From assembly GCF_018977255.1 (NCBI RefSeq), contig NW_024704748.1, positions 14,508,001 through 14,572,000 of the forward strand: DNA of 64,000 nucleotides, read 5' to 3'. Below are positions 1 to 10,689 of this stretch, one piece after another. The translations under genes and the position numbers were made by a program. Every line of letters starts with the position of its first letter. Within the stretch, counting starts at the first letter, position 1. Under the pieces are notes generated by a model, which saw nothing but the letters and a program-made list of their open reading frames with translations, was not told where the DNA came from and ran no database searches. This stretch comes from Callorhinchus milii. Taxonomy: Eukaryota.

Positions 1-840
1 TCCACAGGGATTATAGTCTTACCTTTAAGGTTTGAACTGTGATTCAAACCTTGGACTTTCTGGTCACTGTGGCCTTGTGCTTCCCAATAGCTCTGAGGCA
101 CCTGAGAGCTAGATTTTACATCTATAAAATCTCTGTTTAACTGCAAAATGAAATGGCAGAATTGTTCTGCAGTTCTTACCACTCACACATTCAGTTGGAG
201 TTTAGCTTGGTTTATCCCATTTCCATTCAGGGTTATATTCAGTGTCATTTTGTGTTTGGTGAAATGGGGTGGGTGGGTGAGGGGAAGTGTAGTGAGATGT
301 GACTTTGGTCTCCCTTTATGCATTTTTTGCTTTTCCTGTGAACATCAACTTGAACCCTCAGAGCTTTCTGAGCCTTTGGTCATACAATGACTGCAACATA
401 GGACAGAGGTCAATGATGGCTGATGATAATTGTATATTTGTAGAAAAATTAGCTACAGCCAAATAATGAACAGATCTATGTCAGCTGTACATTACTGAAG
501 TCACAGGGAAAAGCTCCAAACCCCAAGTGCGTTGAGATGTCCAAGGACATTAAATTACTTTCTTCCAGAACCTGAGTGGAATAGAAAGGTCAGCTAATGG
601 TTGTAATTACCTAAACTGGCTCTTATCACAAGTTACTTATGTAAACGTTGGAGCACCTGATCAATAAGAGTGCACTGCAAACATTAATGAGAGCTGAGGT
701 TTGTAGCTTTATGTAGCTGGTAATGTATGTCTTGCTACACCATTAATAATTAATATTTAAATAGTGAAATGCAGACATTGAGTGGTAAGCAAAGCAAAAA
801 GATGATGTCCGACTTTGTAGTGTTTAGTTACCAGACGTAC

Positions 841-877
841 CAATATCAATCAGGTGTCTGACACCTGATTGATATTG
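841..877. repeat. Perfect palindrome, 18-bp arms with 1-nt spacer
   Basis: CAATATCAATCAGGTGTC-T-GACACCTGATTGATATTG; the arms are exact reverse complements. Confidence 0.95.
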
Positions 878-1564
878 CAGAACTCCATTTCAAAGGTGGT
901 GCTGCACCATAGTGCTTTATTGAGAGCAGAGTAGTCTGGAACTGCTGTATTGTAGAACGCCTGTCTAAATCTGGAGTGCTATATATTATGATGAGTTTAT
1001 TTATTAGCAGTCAGCAACAGAAAAAAAAGGGAATATAGCGGTTCCAGTAGTGTGAGGCCGTATCCATTTATTATGCTTGTCACCGTTATCAGTATTTCCT
1101 TTTCAGTCAGCTCTACTGCCGCTATATAATTCAATACGCTCAATGGGTGATTTCAAGGAAAATCCAAATAAAATATTTTATTTGGGAAAAGAACTGTGCA
1201 CAATATATTTAAAACCACGATAGCATAGTTAGTAGCTGGCAGGGCATTTGAAGCACAAAGTAAACAGAGGTTCATAAACCCTCTGTACACCTGATTCCTT
1301 TGGATTCTTTTGGTTTATTTGGTTCGTCAGAGCTGTTTGAATGCAGTGTCATAAGAGAAACCTGTTGCTCATTTGCTGTACACAAAACATAAATGTAAAA
1401 CATGAGTATCAGTACAGAATTTTATCTCACGCTCTCACTATAGTACAGCTGAATGCAAGTGATTAGAGAAAGTATTTTAACTGCTGCGTCAATCGCGTGC
1501 TCTCCGATATTGCCATTATGGGGTGTGTGTGTGTAAAACTAGATTGCGCACATCTGGATGGTTG

Positions 1565-1760
1565 CTGGTTCAATCCTTTGTGCTGAGTTAACTGGTTCCT
1601 GCTGTAATCGGGGTGGTTGGGAATTGGGGCAAGGAAGAGTAGCATTACAATTGCACTCAAGTTTAAGTTAAACATGAAGCAGGAGTCCTGCCTCTGATCT
1701 CTGTCCAGACTCCTGCTGGAAGTTCACATGTGGGCATAAGAATCGAGTTCAAGTGATGGG
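1565..1760 (+). mobile_element. Decayed ancient SINE, family B
   Basis: GGTTCAATCC followed by TGTGCTGAGTTAACTG, TACAATTG and CTCCTGCTGGAAG, shared with the copies at 9.4 kb and (reverse) 3.3, 42.6 and 53.9 kb. Confidence 0.5.
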
Positions 1761-1823
1761 TTTCTACGTGTAAAAAAAGTATTAAAATTAATAGTAATTA
1801 ACATCATATTTTAGTTTATAAAA

Positions 1824-1861
1824 TAACTAATTCTTTTTTTCTTCTTTCTTTTTAGGTAAGT
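1824..1861 (+). promoter_or_regulatory. Candidate recursive splice site (branch point, polypyrimidine tract, AG|GTAAGT)
   Basis: TAACTAAT-TCTTTTTTTCTTCTTTCTTTTT-AG|GTAAGT: a CTAA branch-like motif, about 23 uninterrupted pyrimidines, AG at 1854-1855 and a perfect 5' splice site consensus at 1856-1861. Confidence 0.55.
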
Positions 1862-2699
1862 TTATCCTTTGCACCTGTGATATGTTATAATAATGAGATA
1901 ACAAGGGAGTAGCAGGATGACTGCAGCCCTATACACACACACACGACTGAGCACCCCGGAGGCTGTGGAGAGGACAGCTCTGCAAAGACCAATTGGTAAT
2001 ATTGTCCTTTAACCTTGTCTTGCAACCGCCTGGAAGGGAGAGCTTGGAAGAAGCAGTCTTTCCAAGAGGTTAATGGTTGTGCTTTGCTTCTGTGTGGTGC
2101 TAGGCTGCTGTTCTAAGTGGAGCAGGTGTAAGGACTCTGGGCACCCTTGCTGTGACTGGCTCTGATTATTATTCAATAATGAAATTGCTGCTTAAGAATC
2201 TTATTTTTATTGAAGAGCGAATGATTCCAGGGGGACAGTATTTGTTAAAAGTCACTAATCAAAGCAGGTGCTTTTTTTAAAAGGACTAAATACTGTAAAT
2301 TCCACAGCATCACAACAGGCCCATTCTGTCGTCTTATCAGTTAGCAGCGAGAAATAAATTCAATGCCTTAGTCTGAGCACTGCCAAATTTTTTTTTGCAC
2401 TCCACGTGGGGAGGAAGATGATAAGGAGATTAAACAAAATGGAGGAAAACTGCTTCTGTGCGTCTTTGTAAAAATGCCAATAATGAGTCTCTCAGATATA
2501 ATGCAATAGGGAGTCCTCTCAATACTTTATCGAAATAATAATAATATAAATGGCAACTCTTCATGTATGTGCCTTCATGGCGAGCATCACTGGGCTCTAA
2601 AGCCTTAAAGAGTATCAAAACCAAGCTTGATCCTTGTCTGAAGTCCATGGATGTGCGCTTTGCAGCAGAAATCACTAGATAGCATTGAACTGAAGGAAA

Positions 2700-2830
2700 T
2701 CAGGAGGGCACAAAGGCAAAGTCCAGCAGCACAACCACTGGTCTGCTTGAGATCAGCCAACTGAGCACAGACTGGGAATTGAAACTAGTTGGGACCTTCA
2801 ATGCTGTACGCACTAGGCCCAGTAATGTAT
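2700..2830 (-). mobile_element. Decayed ancient SINE family B, 5' part
   Basis: GAGATCAGCCAACTGAGCACAGACTGGGAATTGAAAC matches the head region of the other family B copies. Confidence 0.45.
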
Positions 2831-3208
2831 AATAACAGTCAGAGCAAAGTTACAAGCACATTGTCTGGAGAATAGTGGTTGCTCGCAAACAAAATCGCAG
2901 GGCACCAGTGCTATTGATTAGTTCTCTTTTCCCTCACGTATGAAATATTCTCACATTCTGCCACATGTCAGCTGCCCGTCCAAGTGATGCTGGCTCTCAC
3001 AATGAATGGGAAAGATGTCAGCAGAAGTGATGAAAGCAGTGAGCACAACACGGAGACGCTGTCAGCCGCTCCAGTGACTGTAACTTTGGAGCCGTGTTCT
3101 GCCGCTGTTGTGTGTCAGTCAGTGTTCATGCATCGTCGTGGCATTTTAAGCTTCAGAGTCCTATTGTCATCACTTGCATCTTGTTTTGCGTTTTCCTCTG
3201 GGGTTTTA

Positions 3209-3262
3209 TAGAATCATAGAATTATAGAATTGTACAGCACAAAAAGAGGCCATTCGGCCCCT
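3209..3262 (-). mobile_element. CR1-type 3' terminal fragment
   Basis: Repeated ATAGAATC-like octamers followed by ACAGCAC...GAGGCCATTCGGCCC; matches the reverse complement of the 3' end of the CR1 at 41.6 kb (GGGCCGAATGGCCT). Confidence 0.75.
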
Positions 3263-3299
3263 CTTCCAAAAGCATTGGATGATGCTGGGTACAATAAAT

Positions 3300-3625
3300 A
3301 GGCGATGGCTGCCCTCCAATACCTCACCCAAGTGGCTTCGCTTCAACACACTATACACAAAGAGACATCATACACCAAATTCACCTGTACTCACACCATG
3401 TCCACACGAGCACACTTTCCACCAGGGTCTCTGATTAGCAACCAGGAGCAAGAATTCTGGCTGGCTTTAACCGCCCTTCCTGACTCTGGGAAACTCAGGG
3501 CAATCGCATTCCTTACAGTTGCCCTAGCTGAGATCACTGAATCGGAGATCAAACCTGTGACCTTCCACGTATATGTGACCCAGTTTGACCCTGAGAGAGG
3601 CTTGACTAACTGTCTTAACTAACTA
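3300..3625 (-). mobile_element. Ancient SINE family B, near full length
   Basis: CCTCACCCAAGTGGC...CACTTTCCACCAGGG...CAGGAGCAAGAA...GCTGAGATC...ATCAAACCTGTGACCTTCC, colinear with the copies at 42.6 and 53.9 kb. Confidence 0.6.
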
Positions 3626-3919
3626 GCTGTCAGTAACGATTGTTTTGCAGTTTATTTAGTTTTTCCTCCCCCTGGGAGTTAATATTGGAAGTGCTTGCTT
3701 CACATGCAAATGACGCTGACATTTTGTGGTGCATTGAGGTCAACTGGTCAGTTCTGGGGCTTGGAATAAGATGTCTTTGCAGGTAGGCTTCTTTCATTCA
3801 GTCTTTCCACGGGAGAACTGAAATGCTGATTGTCACAATCCCTGTAATTGATCAGCAGAATTAAAGTACATTACCAGCAGGCAGCCTTTCTTTCTCCATA
3901 CCGTTTACAGTTACATTGT

Positions 3920-4248
3920 GGAGTCCTGTAGCTCAGTGGTTAGAGCACTCGCTTTGCTAGCGAGAGACCTGAGTTCAATTCCAGGCAGGGCGAAACCTTG
4001 GGCAAGTTTCCTTACTCCACACACCTAATAATAATCCCTCCAAAACACCAAAAACAATAATAAATTGGTCATTTTCAATCTACGACTGTTTGTGGGACAT
4101 TGCTGTGCACAATTGGCTGCCGCGTTCGCCCACAAATATACAGTCAATTCACTTTACAGTGTGTTCTGTGAAGCGCTTTGGGACGTCCTCCCGACATGAA
4201 AAGCGCTATATTAAATGCAAGGATTATTATTATTATTTATTATTATTA
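3920..4248 (+). mobile_element. Young tRNA-Ala-derived SINE (family A), full length
   Basis: Box A TAGCTCAGTGG, anticodon stem CTCGC/GCGAG, box B GAGTTCAATTCC, Deu-like core TGTGGGACATTGCTGTGCACAATTGGCTGCCGCG, L2-like tail and (TTA)n; highly similar to six other copies in the window. Confidence 0.95.
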
Positions 4249-4332
4249 GAAACAAATTTGTGGTATTTCTTAAAGGAATTTTTTCATAATTATTCTGAGT
4301 TTGGGCAATTAAATGTTCCTTTTTGGCAATAG

Positions 4333-4440
4333 TCTTTGCTTTTGGTATAGCACCTTATCATGTCTTTAAGACCTCTCTCAAATGTGCTTTGCAGGATTTA
4401 CTATAGAGTGTAGAGACTGTAGTTTGTAGGCAAATGTAAT
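4333..4440 (-). mobile_element. Decayed SINE 3' tail
   Basis: TATAGCACCTTATCATGTC...CTCAAA...TTTGTAGGCAAA matches the reverse complement of older SINE tails. Confidence 0.5.
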
Positions 4441-4757
4441 TGGAAGTATGGCAACTTCACTCCAACTCAGTCTACTGCAGGTCCATGGGAATTACAACAG
4501 GAATTTGTGCATCTAACTTGACCTGACTGTGGGCTTCATCAAATCACTGACCACAAATTGGAAGCTCAGTCAAGCATACTTGCCATGCTTGGAGTGCAAT
4601 TGAAATAATGGACAGGGGAAAGAAGGCAGTAAAGTACTTTCACAAGGTTTCTGGTCGTGTATGTGAGCAGAAAGTATACCTAAATAAGAGGTGTTCTTTG
4701 CAAATTCTGCCACTGATAAGATGACAAAATCTATTTTTTGTAAAATTCACCAAGGAT

Positions 4758-5666
4758 TTGTATCTCTGCCGCCACACTCAATTCCAGGACCACTGCTGTC
4801 CTCACAGACTGCCTGTCGGACATCAAGTCTTGATGAGAACTAACTTCCTGCAGTTGAATGTCAACAAGACTGAGGTCCTCCTGTTTAGCTCCCGTCAGTG
4901 CCTCCATACCTTGTGTGCTGACAGCATCTCCCTCCGTGGATGCACTCTACATCTCATGGAGTCAATACAGAACTTCAGCGTCCTGTTCGACTGTCAACTG
5001 TCCTTTATACCCCACATCCATGCCATGACCCACTCCACCTTCCCCACCTTCGCAATATCACTCAGCTCTGCCACTGTCTTACACCGTAGGCTGCCGAGAC
5101 CCTCATACACTCAATCATAACATCCAGGCTTGACTACGCACAACGCCTGCTTGTCGGCCTCCCCAACTCCTCCCTCCACAGGCTGCAGATCATCCAGAAC
5201 TCTGCAGCCCGTTTCCTCTCCTGGACCAGGCTCCGCGACCCTATCACCCCACCCTCAACAACTCCACTGGACAACATCACACAAAAGATACAGTTCAAGA
5301 TCCTGGTCCTCACTTTCAAAGCCCTCCATGGCCTTGCTCCCCTCTACCTCTGCAACCTCCTAACCCTCTACCACCCTGCCTGCTCCCTCAGCTCAGCTGG
5401 CTCCGACCTGCTTCACATCCCCAACCTCACCATTGGCAGGTCGGCCTTCAGCCACTCTGCCCCCACCCTGTGGAACTCCATACCGCACCCTCTCCATTGA
5501 CTCCTTCAAGACCCGTCTCAAGACCCTCCTCTTTGACCATGCCTTCAGTCACCCTCACTCCCCCTGCCCTCCACCCTCCCAGCTCGGTCTGAAACACTGA
5601 TTGTCCAGTGCCTTGGGACGTCCTCCCAACATGTAAGGTGCTATACAAATGTAATTTTGTTGTTGT
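4758..5666 (+). mobile_element. L2-clade LINE, 5'-truncated, frameshifted ORF2 C-terminus plus 3' tail
   Basis: Translates in pieces to DCLSDIKS, MRTNFLQLNVNKTEVLLF, SRLDY, RLQIIQNSAAR, LHW, IQFKILVLTFKALHGLAPLYL, AFSHSAPTLWNS and FKTRLKTLLF; ends with GGGACGTCC...GCTATACAAATGTAATTTTGTTGTTG. Confidence 0.92.
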
Positions 5667-5784
5667 AGCTTTCACTGATGCTCACCTTAAGCTTGTTTTT
5701 TTTCAATCGCCCACCCACCGACCATTCTGTCTGTCAAGCCGGATCCACCAGTTTATTAGCTCTTGACAGATATTTGGCAGATAG

Positions 5785-5838
5785 CGTCTTGAGACGTCCT
5801 CCCGACGTGAAAGTCACTATACAAATGTAATCTTGTTA
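5785..5838 (+). mobile_element. Isolated L2 3' tail
   Basis: GAGACGTCCTCCCGACGTGAAAGTCACTATACAAATGTAATC. Confidence 0.75.
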
Positions 5839-7039
5839 ATTCCACTTCCCTGCTTGCCTTCCACATGCCTCTTAACACTCTTTCTTCTCAAGTTTTTTTN
5901 CCTTTTAAAACATCCTATTTCATTCTCCCTGTAATGCCTCCTAAAGTAGTATGTACTATACCAATATGTAGTATGGGCTCACAGAAGATCCCTCAGTCTA
6001 GTCTAGCAGTGGAGGGATACAAGACTGCCTTTTATAACAAAACTGATCCTCTGATTGTTTGAAGGGGAAAAATACCCTTTTAAAAGCAGTACTATTTGAA
6101 TACCGGTACAGACTCCTTTCCAGCTACTAAATCGTGAACTCAGACAACAGTTGGGTTCAGGAGATGTATAAAACTAGGAGGAACAGTTAAAATGGAATAG
6201 AAGGGAATAGTGTTTGCACCGCTAAAATACATTGGGATTTGTCAGAAGCTCCGTTTAAAATGACTGTTTGGCTTGCAGCAGAATAAATAGAACATTTCAA
6301 TTGTTCGGCATATTCCTAACACTGTAGTCATTCGATATCAATAAGTGGAGCGTAGCAAGCCAACGATGAGCCTCCTCCACTCTTCCCCCTCCTCCACCAC
6401 CCCCTCCAATCCCAGGATAAGTAGTTTTTACCGTTGATACAGCCTCCATTCTAACCTGATTGCTGGTTGAGGAATCTTTATCTGATCAGATCACTTTCAG
6501 TCTGCATTTTGTTGTTCCATTACCAAGGCTTTTAAGGCTTAATTTGGCCACTTTGCAAGCCAAGAACAAAAGGATGAAGATTGCAGCCCGCTGCCATGTA
6601 ATGCAAGGGGTTGGCCAGAGATTGTGCAGTATTTGCACCTGTTTGTAACAGTGAGGGACGTATTTATATTGGGGTATAACTGCAGAAGAATATAGCTTAA
6701 GATCAGCATGGGCCTTCGGATAGTTTTTGAAAAGCATGATACAAAGTCAATACCCATTTTAATATTGCATACATAAGGAAAGGGAAAACAGGACAAATTA
6801 CTGGAGGCTCACTAAATTCTCATAAAACAGAAACCCGGAGGGTAGAAAAGACATTTACACAATAGAAGCCAGGATTTGCAGCACAAAGATTGAGTGTATA
6901 AATGCCAGGGCCTGAGGGACGCTCCAAACAAAAATCTGGATGTAATGTTCAGTCCACAATATTGTCTGATCAGTTTTGACAAGGAGTACTTCACATTATT
7001 ACAGATGTTGTGAGTCCTGTATACATGATCTGGGCTGAC

Positions 7040-7086
7040 GCCATCAAAATTAATTTTGATGGGAGAGAATGCCATCAAAATTAATT
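7040..7086. repeat. 22-bp perfect palindrome plus 16-bp direct repeat
   Basis: CCATCAAAATTAATTTTGATGG at 7041-7062; GCCATCAAAATTAATT at 7040 and again at 7071. Confidence 0.9.
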
Positions 7087-9334
7087 CCACACATGAGCAA
7101 ATTTCAAAGTGGGAAAAGTTAAAGAGGGCAAATTCCAATATGAAGTGCCTTAAATTGTATTTCACGACCTGAGTACTTTTTGAGATCATCTAATTTCAGA
7201 CACTATTTGTCCACTCAATAGGAAGACTCGATGCTTTTTAGCTTTCGAGCTTTTCCACTTACCTGAGAACCACCTTAATTGTTTTGAAAGGGGTAGTCCG
7301 AGGACATTTTGATCACCAGATCATGAGGTCACATGGTTTACTGTGGGTTGAAAGACATGGGCTGTGTGTTTTAAGTTAATTTAGTCATCTCCCCAGAGTG
7401 GATAATAATTTAAACTGTAATAGTTTTTATATGGTGGAAGTGAAATTGTAAAAATGATTTGGTGTTGTTTTAGAAGAATATTATGTGGGTTTAAAAAGTG
7501 AGTTAAAGTTATTTGGAGTATGGAGCTCCTTGCTATAATGTTCTTCAATTTTTTTCATGCTGATAACAAAGTCAGATCACCATCAGTGCTCACAACTGAT
7601 GATGGGGATAAGTTTGCACCATGAACAACTGAAATGTCAGCACCTCTACCTGAGCATGGCTTGTAGTACTGCAAAAGACACAGTAAAAATTCAGCATTTC
7701 TCTACTTTGCAATGGTCATCACTGTATCATCTTAATCACCTTGTTAACAATTTTGGGGACAACTGCCTGAGTTTGATATCTGCCTGCATTCAAGTTGTGA
7801 CTAATGTGATGCTCCAGAGCTCATCCATTTCCAAGGAGCTGCAGAACAATCCTGCCCCATTAGTTTCTTTCCCAATAGTCTTGGTTGTGATCAACTGAGT
7901 GCATGTGGAGATGAGAACACCCACAGACAATCCTTTGAAATGTACAACTTGCTTGCACTGTATGACTAAGGATCTTGCATGTGAATGCCCAGGATCCAAA
8001 CACAACTTCATCATGGCCAGTTATTTCTGTTTGTGGCATTTGAACATGATTGAATTGCAAGGGGGAGTTGGATTGTGGCCTAACAATGTGCCTTATGAAC
8101 CCTAGCACACAACTCTCAGCTCTCAGCAGAGCAAAGGTGCATTGAGCATCAATAACCTCGGGCTGTAATTTCAGTGCTGCGGTTGATGAGGGTGAGAGGC
8201 GGGTAAGCTTTACAGTAAGGTCAGGCAAAATGTGCAGAAAGATCGTGCTTGTCAGCCTGCTTGTTGCAGGTGACATTCATAAACTGCTCTTGTGGTTTAT
8301 GATGTCATGTGAGCCCTTTGATTGGATTAAAGCCTAGTAATTCACTTAGACGTCTCATCCTCTGTATAGCTCGCTGCCAGGCAGCTAATATCCCCTTTTG
8401 TAATTCACTTAGAAAGTATGCATTATCCTTTTGTTGAACTCCTTACAGTGCATTTGTTTCTGTGCACTACCTTTGCTTTCTTACATATTTAATATTTTGT
8501 TTTTCTCGCACAAAAACCCACTTAATACCCTAAATGGGCAGTCAAATTAGGTGCCGCTACAAAAGAGGTCTTTTGGTGCAGTTATATAAGAGGGAATTGT
8601 AATCCCACCTAAAGGATTGCTGTCAGATTCAATTAATGTGGAAAGCTGCTTAAAATATTAGTCGCCAATCTGTGTTTTAGCATTACTTGAGAAGCAGCCT
8701 ATTTCTAATCTGGTCAGAGTTATCGCTGAGCTTGTGCGGATCATTAATAATGCAGCACTCCTGGGTTTCCATCAGGCACACCAGTAACTCCTTTGACTCT
8801 GAAGCTTCAATGACCCCTTGATCTTCATATTCCGCAAACTATCAGAGGAGTTTCACTTGTGATTTAAACTTTATAGACTCCCTATGGTAGTTCAATTTTG
8901 TTTTCTGCAGGGCTGAGGCTTTACGGTGATTTTAAAAAACACATTACTCCCAAGTGTGTACTGCTGGTCTCTGCACTGCAATGCAGAATGAAACCTTTGA
9001 CAATATTTCCTAATTAAATAACCCTTGGATTAGTAGTTTGTTCTTAAGAGAGAAGACCAACACAATTATGGAGCTTAATCGTTTACTTGCAAAGTCGTTT
9101 GCTTTTTACCATGTGTGCTGCATTTCTAGAGAATTTTAAGAAAAATTGCAAACTCATTCTGTGGGAAAATTAAGATTGTTCACAGATTGTGTCATCCACA
9201 ATCTGTTGCAGCAAGTGGCAGCTCCTTGTTGGGGCAGAATAAAGTATGGCTTGGAGTATTTGATACATTTATTATTCCCCAATGACTAAAAAAATTTAGG
9301 TTGTGGGGAGTTGAGCCACACAGACCTGAGGTTC

Positions 9335-9535
9335 TGTAAAGCTTGATCTGTGCTGAGGGTCAGTTAGCTAAGCTGAGTGGAGGAGGGGATAAGAGTTGTG
9401 AAAATACAATTCTGATTAGAAGGAAAATCCATCACAGTTTCACTCCTGCTGGAGATGCAATTGTGAGGACGGATGTTGGGCGAGGACTGGATTGGGCATT
9501 GACTAATGCCCCTGTGGCTGAGTAACCTGCTAATA
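9335..9535 (+). mobile_element. Decayed ancient SINE family B
   Basis: CTGTGCTGAG...GTTAGCT...CTCCTGCTGGA...GGATGTTGGGCGAGGACTGGATTGG; the last motif matches 36356-36376 in reverse. Confidence 0.55.
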
Positions 9536-9744
9536 TGTATCTTGTTGCCTCAATGTAATTTGGTTAAAGAGTAACTTTGACAAAGATCCGAGGAGAAAGT
9601 TGCCCATCCCAACTCTTTGGTTGAGAAACAAAGCATGTGGAAAAGAAAGAGAGAGAGACAATGAGAGAGGGGAGGGGAACCTGAGAAATTCAGAAATCCT
9701 GTTTTTATCCTTATTGCCTCATTCTCGCTCAGACACAAAGCCTC

Positions 9745-9810
9745 GACTGTCCAATGCCTTGGGATGTTCTCCCGATGTGAAAGATGCTATTAAATGCTGT
9801 GGTTATTGTT
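9745..9810 (+). mobile_element. L2 3' tail
   Basis: CTGTCCAATGCCTTGGGATGTTCTCCCGATGTGAAAGATGCTATTAAATG. Confidence 0.7.
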
Positions 9811-9859
9811 TGATCTCTTCCAGTTCCCATTCCTGCCAATAATCATTAGAAAACACGAA

Positions 9860-10181
9860 AATAATAATAATAATAATAATCCTTGCAATCTATATAGCGC
9901 TTTTCACGTCGGGAGGACGTCCCAAAGCGCTTTACAGAACACACAGTAAAGTGAATTGATTGTATATTTATGGGCGAATGCGGCAGCCAATTGCGCACAG
10001 CAATGTCCCACAAACAGTCGTAGATTGAAAATGACCAATTTATTATTGTTTTTTGTTTTGGAGGGATTATTATTAGGCGTGTGGAGTAAGGAAACTTGCC
10101 CAAGGTTTCGCCCTGCCTGGAATTGAACTCAGGTCTCTCACTTGCAAAGCGTGTGCTCTAACCACTGAGCTATAGGACTCC
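9860..10181 (-). mobile_element. Young SINE family A, full length
   Basis: Reverse complement of 3920-4248 from GGAGTCC to the (TTA)n tail. Confidence 0.95.
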
Positions 10182-10689
10182 GAAAGCAATGTTGCCACTG
10201 GGTGTATCTCTGTACTATTGTCTTCCAGATGGGACTTTTCAGAGAATGCTTGAGTGCGCCGTTTTCACATCTGTTCAATTTATTGTGAAATGGTTCCTGG
10301 TCAGTGAAACAAAACGCTGAGAGGATCGGTGGAACTGACTTGTCCTTTCCTTTTGTACAGACCTTGCTGTCAAAAGGTCACTTCCCATTATTGTTCAAGC
10401 AAAGTTCTGTGGAAGACACGCGTTGCAAAATCATGCTGAATTCTCAATGCATCTGCAATTGCAGGAAGTACACTCAGGATGTGAGCTCTTTTTCCTTTGA
10501 TTCATTCTGTCATAAAGGATCGCACAAGATCCCACACTTTGTGTTGCTTTCATGTGAAACTATCATAACAGAGTTCAATGACACTCTTGTTCCTCACATT
10601 TACATTGCCAATGATAGAACACCAAATACCTCTGGCAGCAGAGTTTCTGTTTTGTAGCTTGCTTGTCAATTTGATCATGAGAGGTAAGG

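Noticed and set aside
27-52. 10-bp stem hairpin (and a similar one at 9182-9206)
   Set aside because: Short enough to be plausible by chance in 64 kb of AT-rich DNA
3920-3992. tRNA-Ala gene
   Set aside because: It is the SINE head: the acceptor and T stems are imperfect, there is no terminator, and it is always followed by the SINE body
4090-4332. Recurrent ORF family MWDIAVRNWLPRSPTNIQSIHFTV (also at 9846, 29177, 34326 and 50562)
   Set aside because: These are incidental translations of SINE family A; frames and ends vary between copies, so it is not a gene family
5900-5900. Ambiguous base N
   Set aside because: Assembly ambiguity at the end of a T run, not biology
8895-8931. Possible 15-nt microexon TGCAG|GGCTGAGGCTTTACG|GTGATT
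   Set aside because: Weak donor and no supporting context
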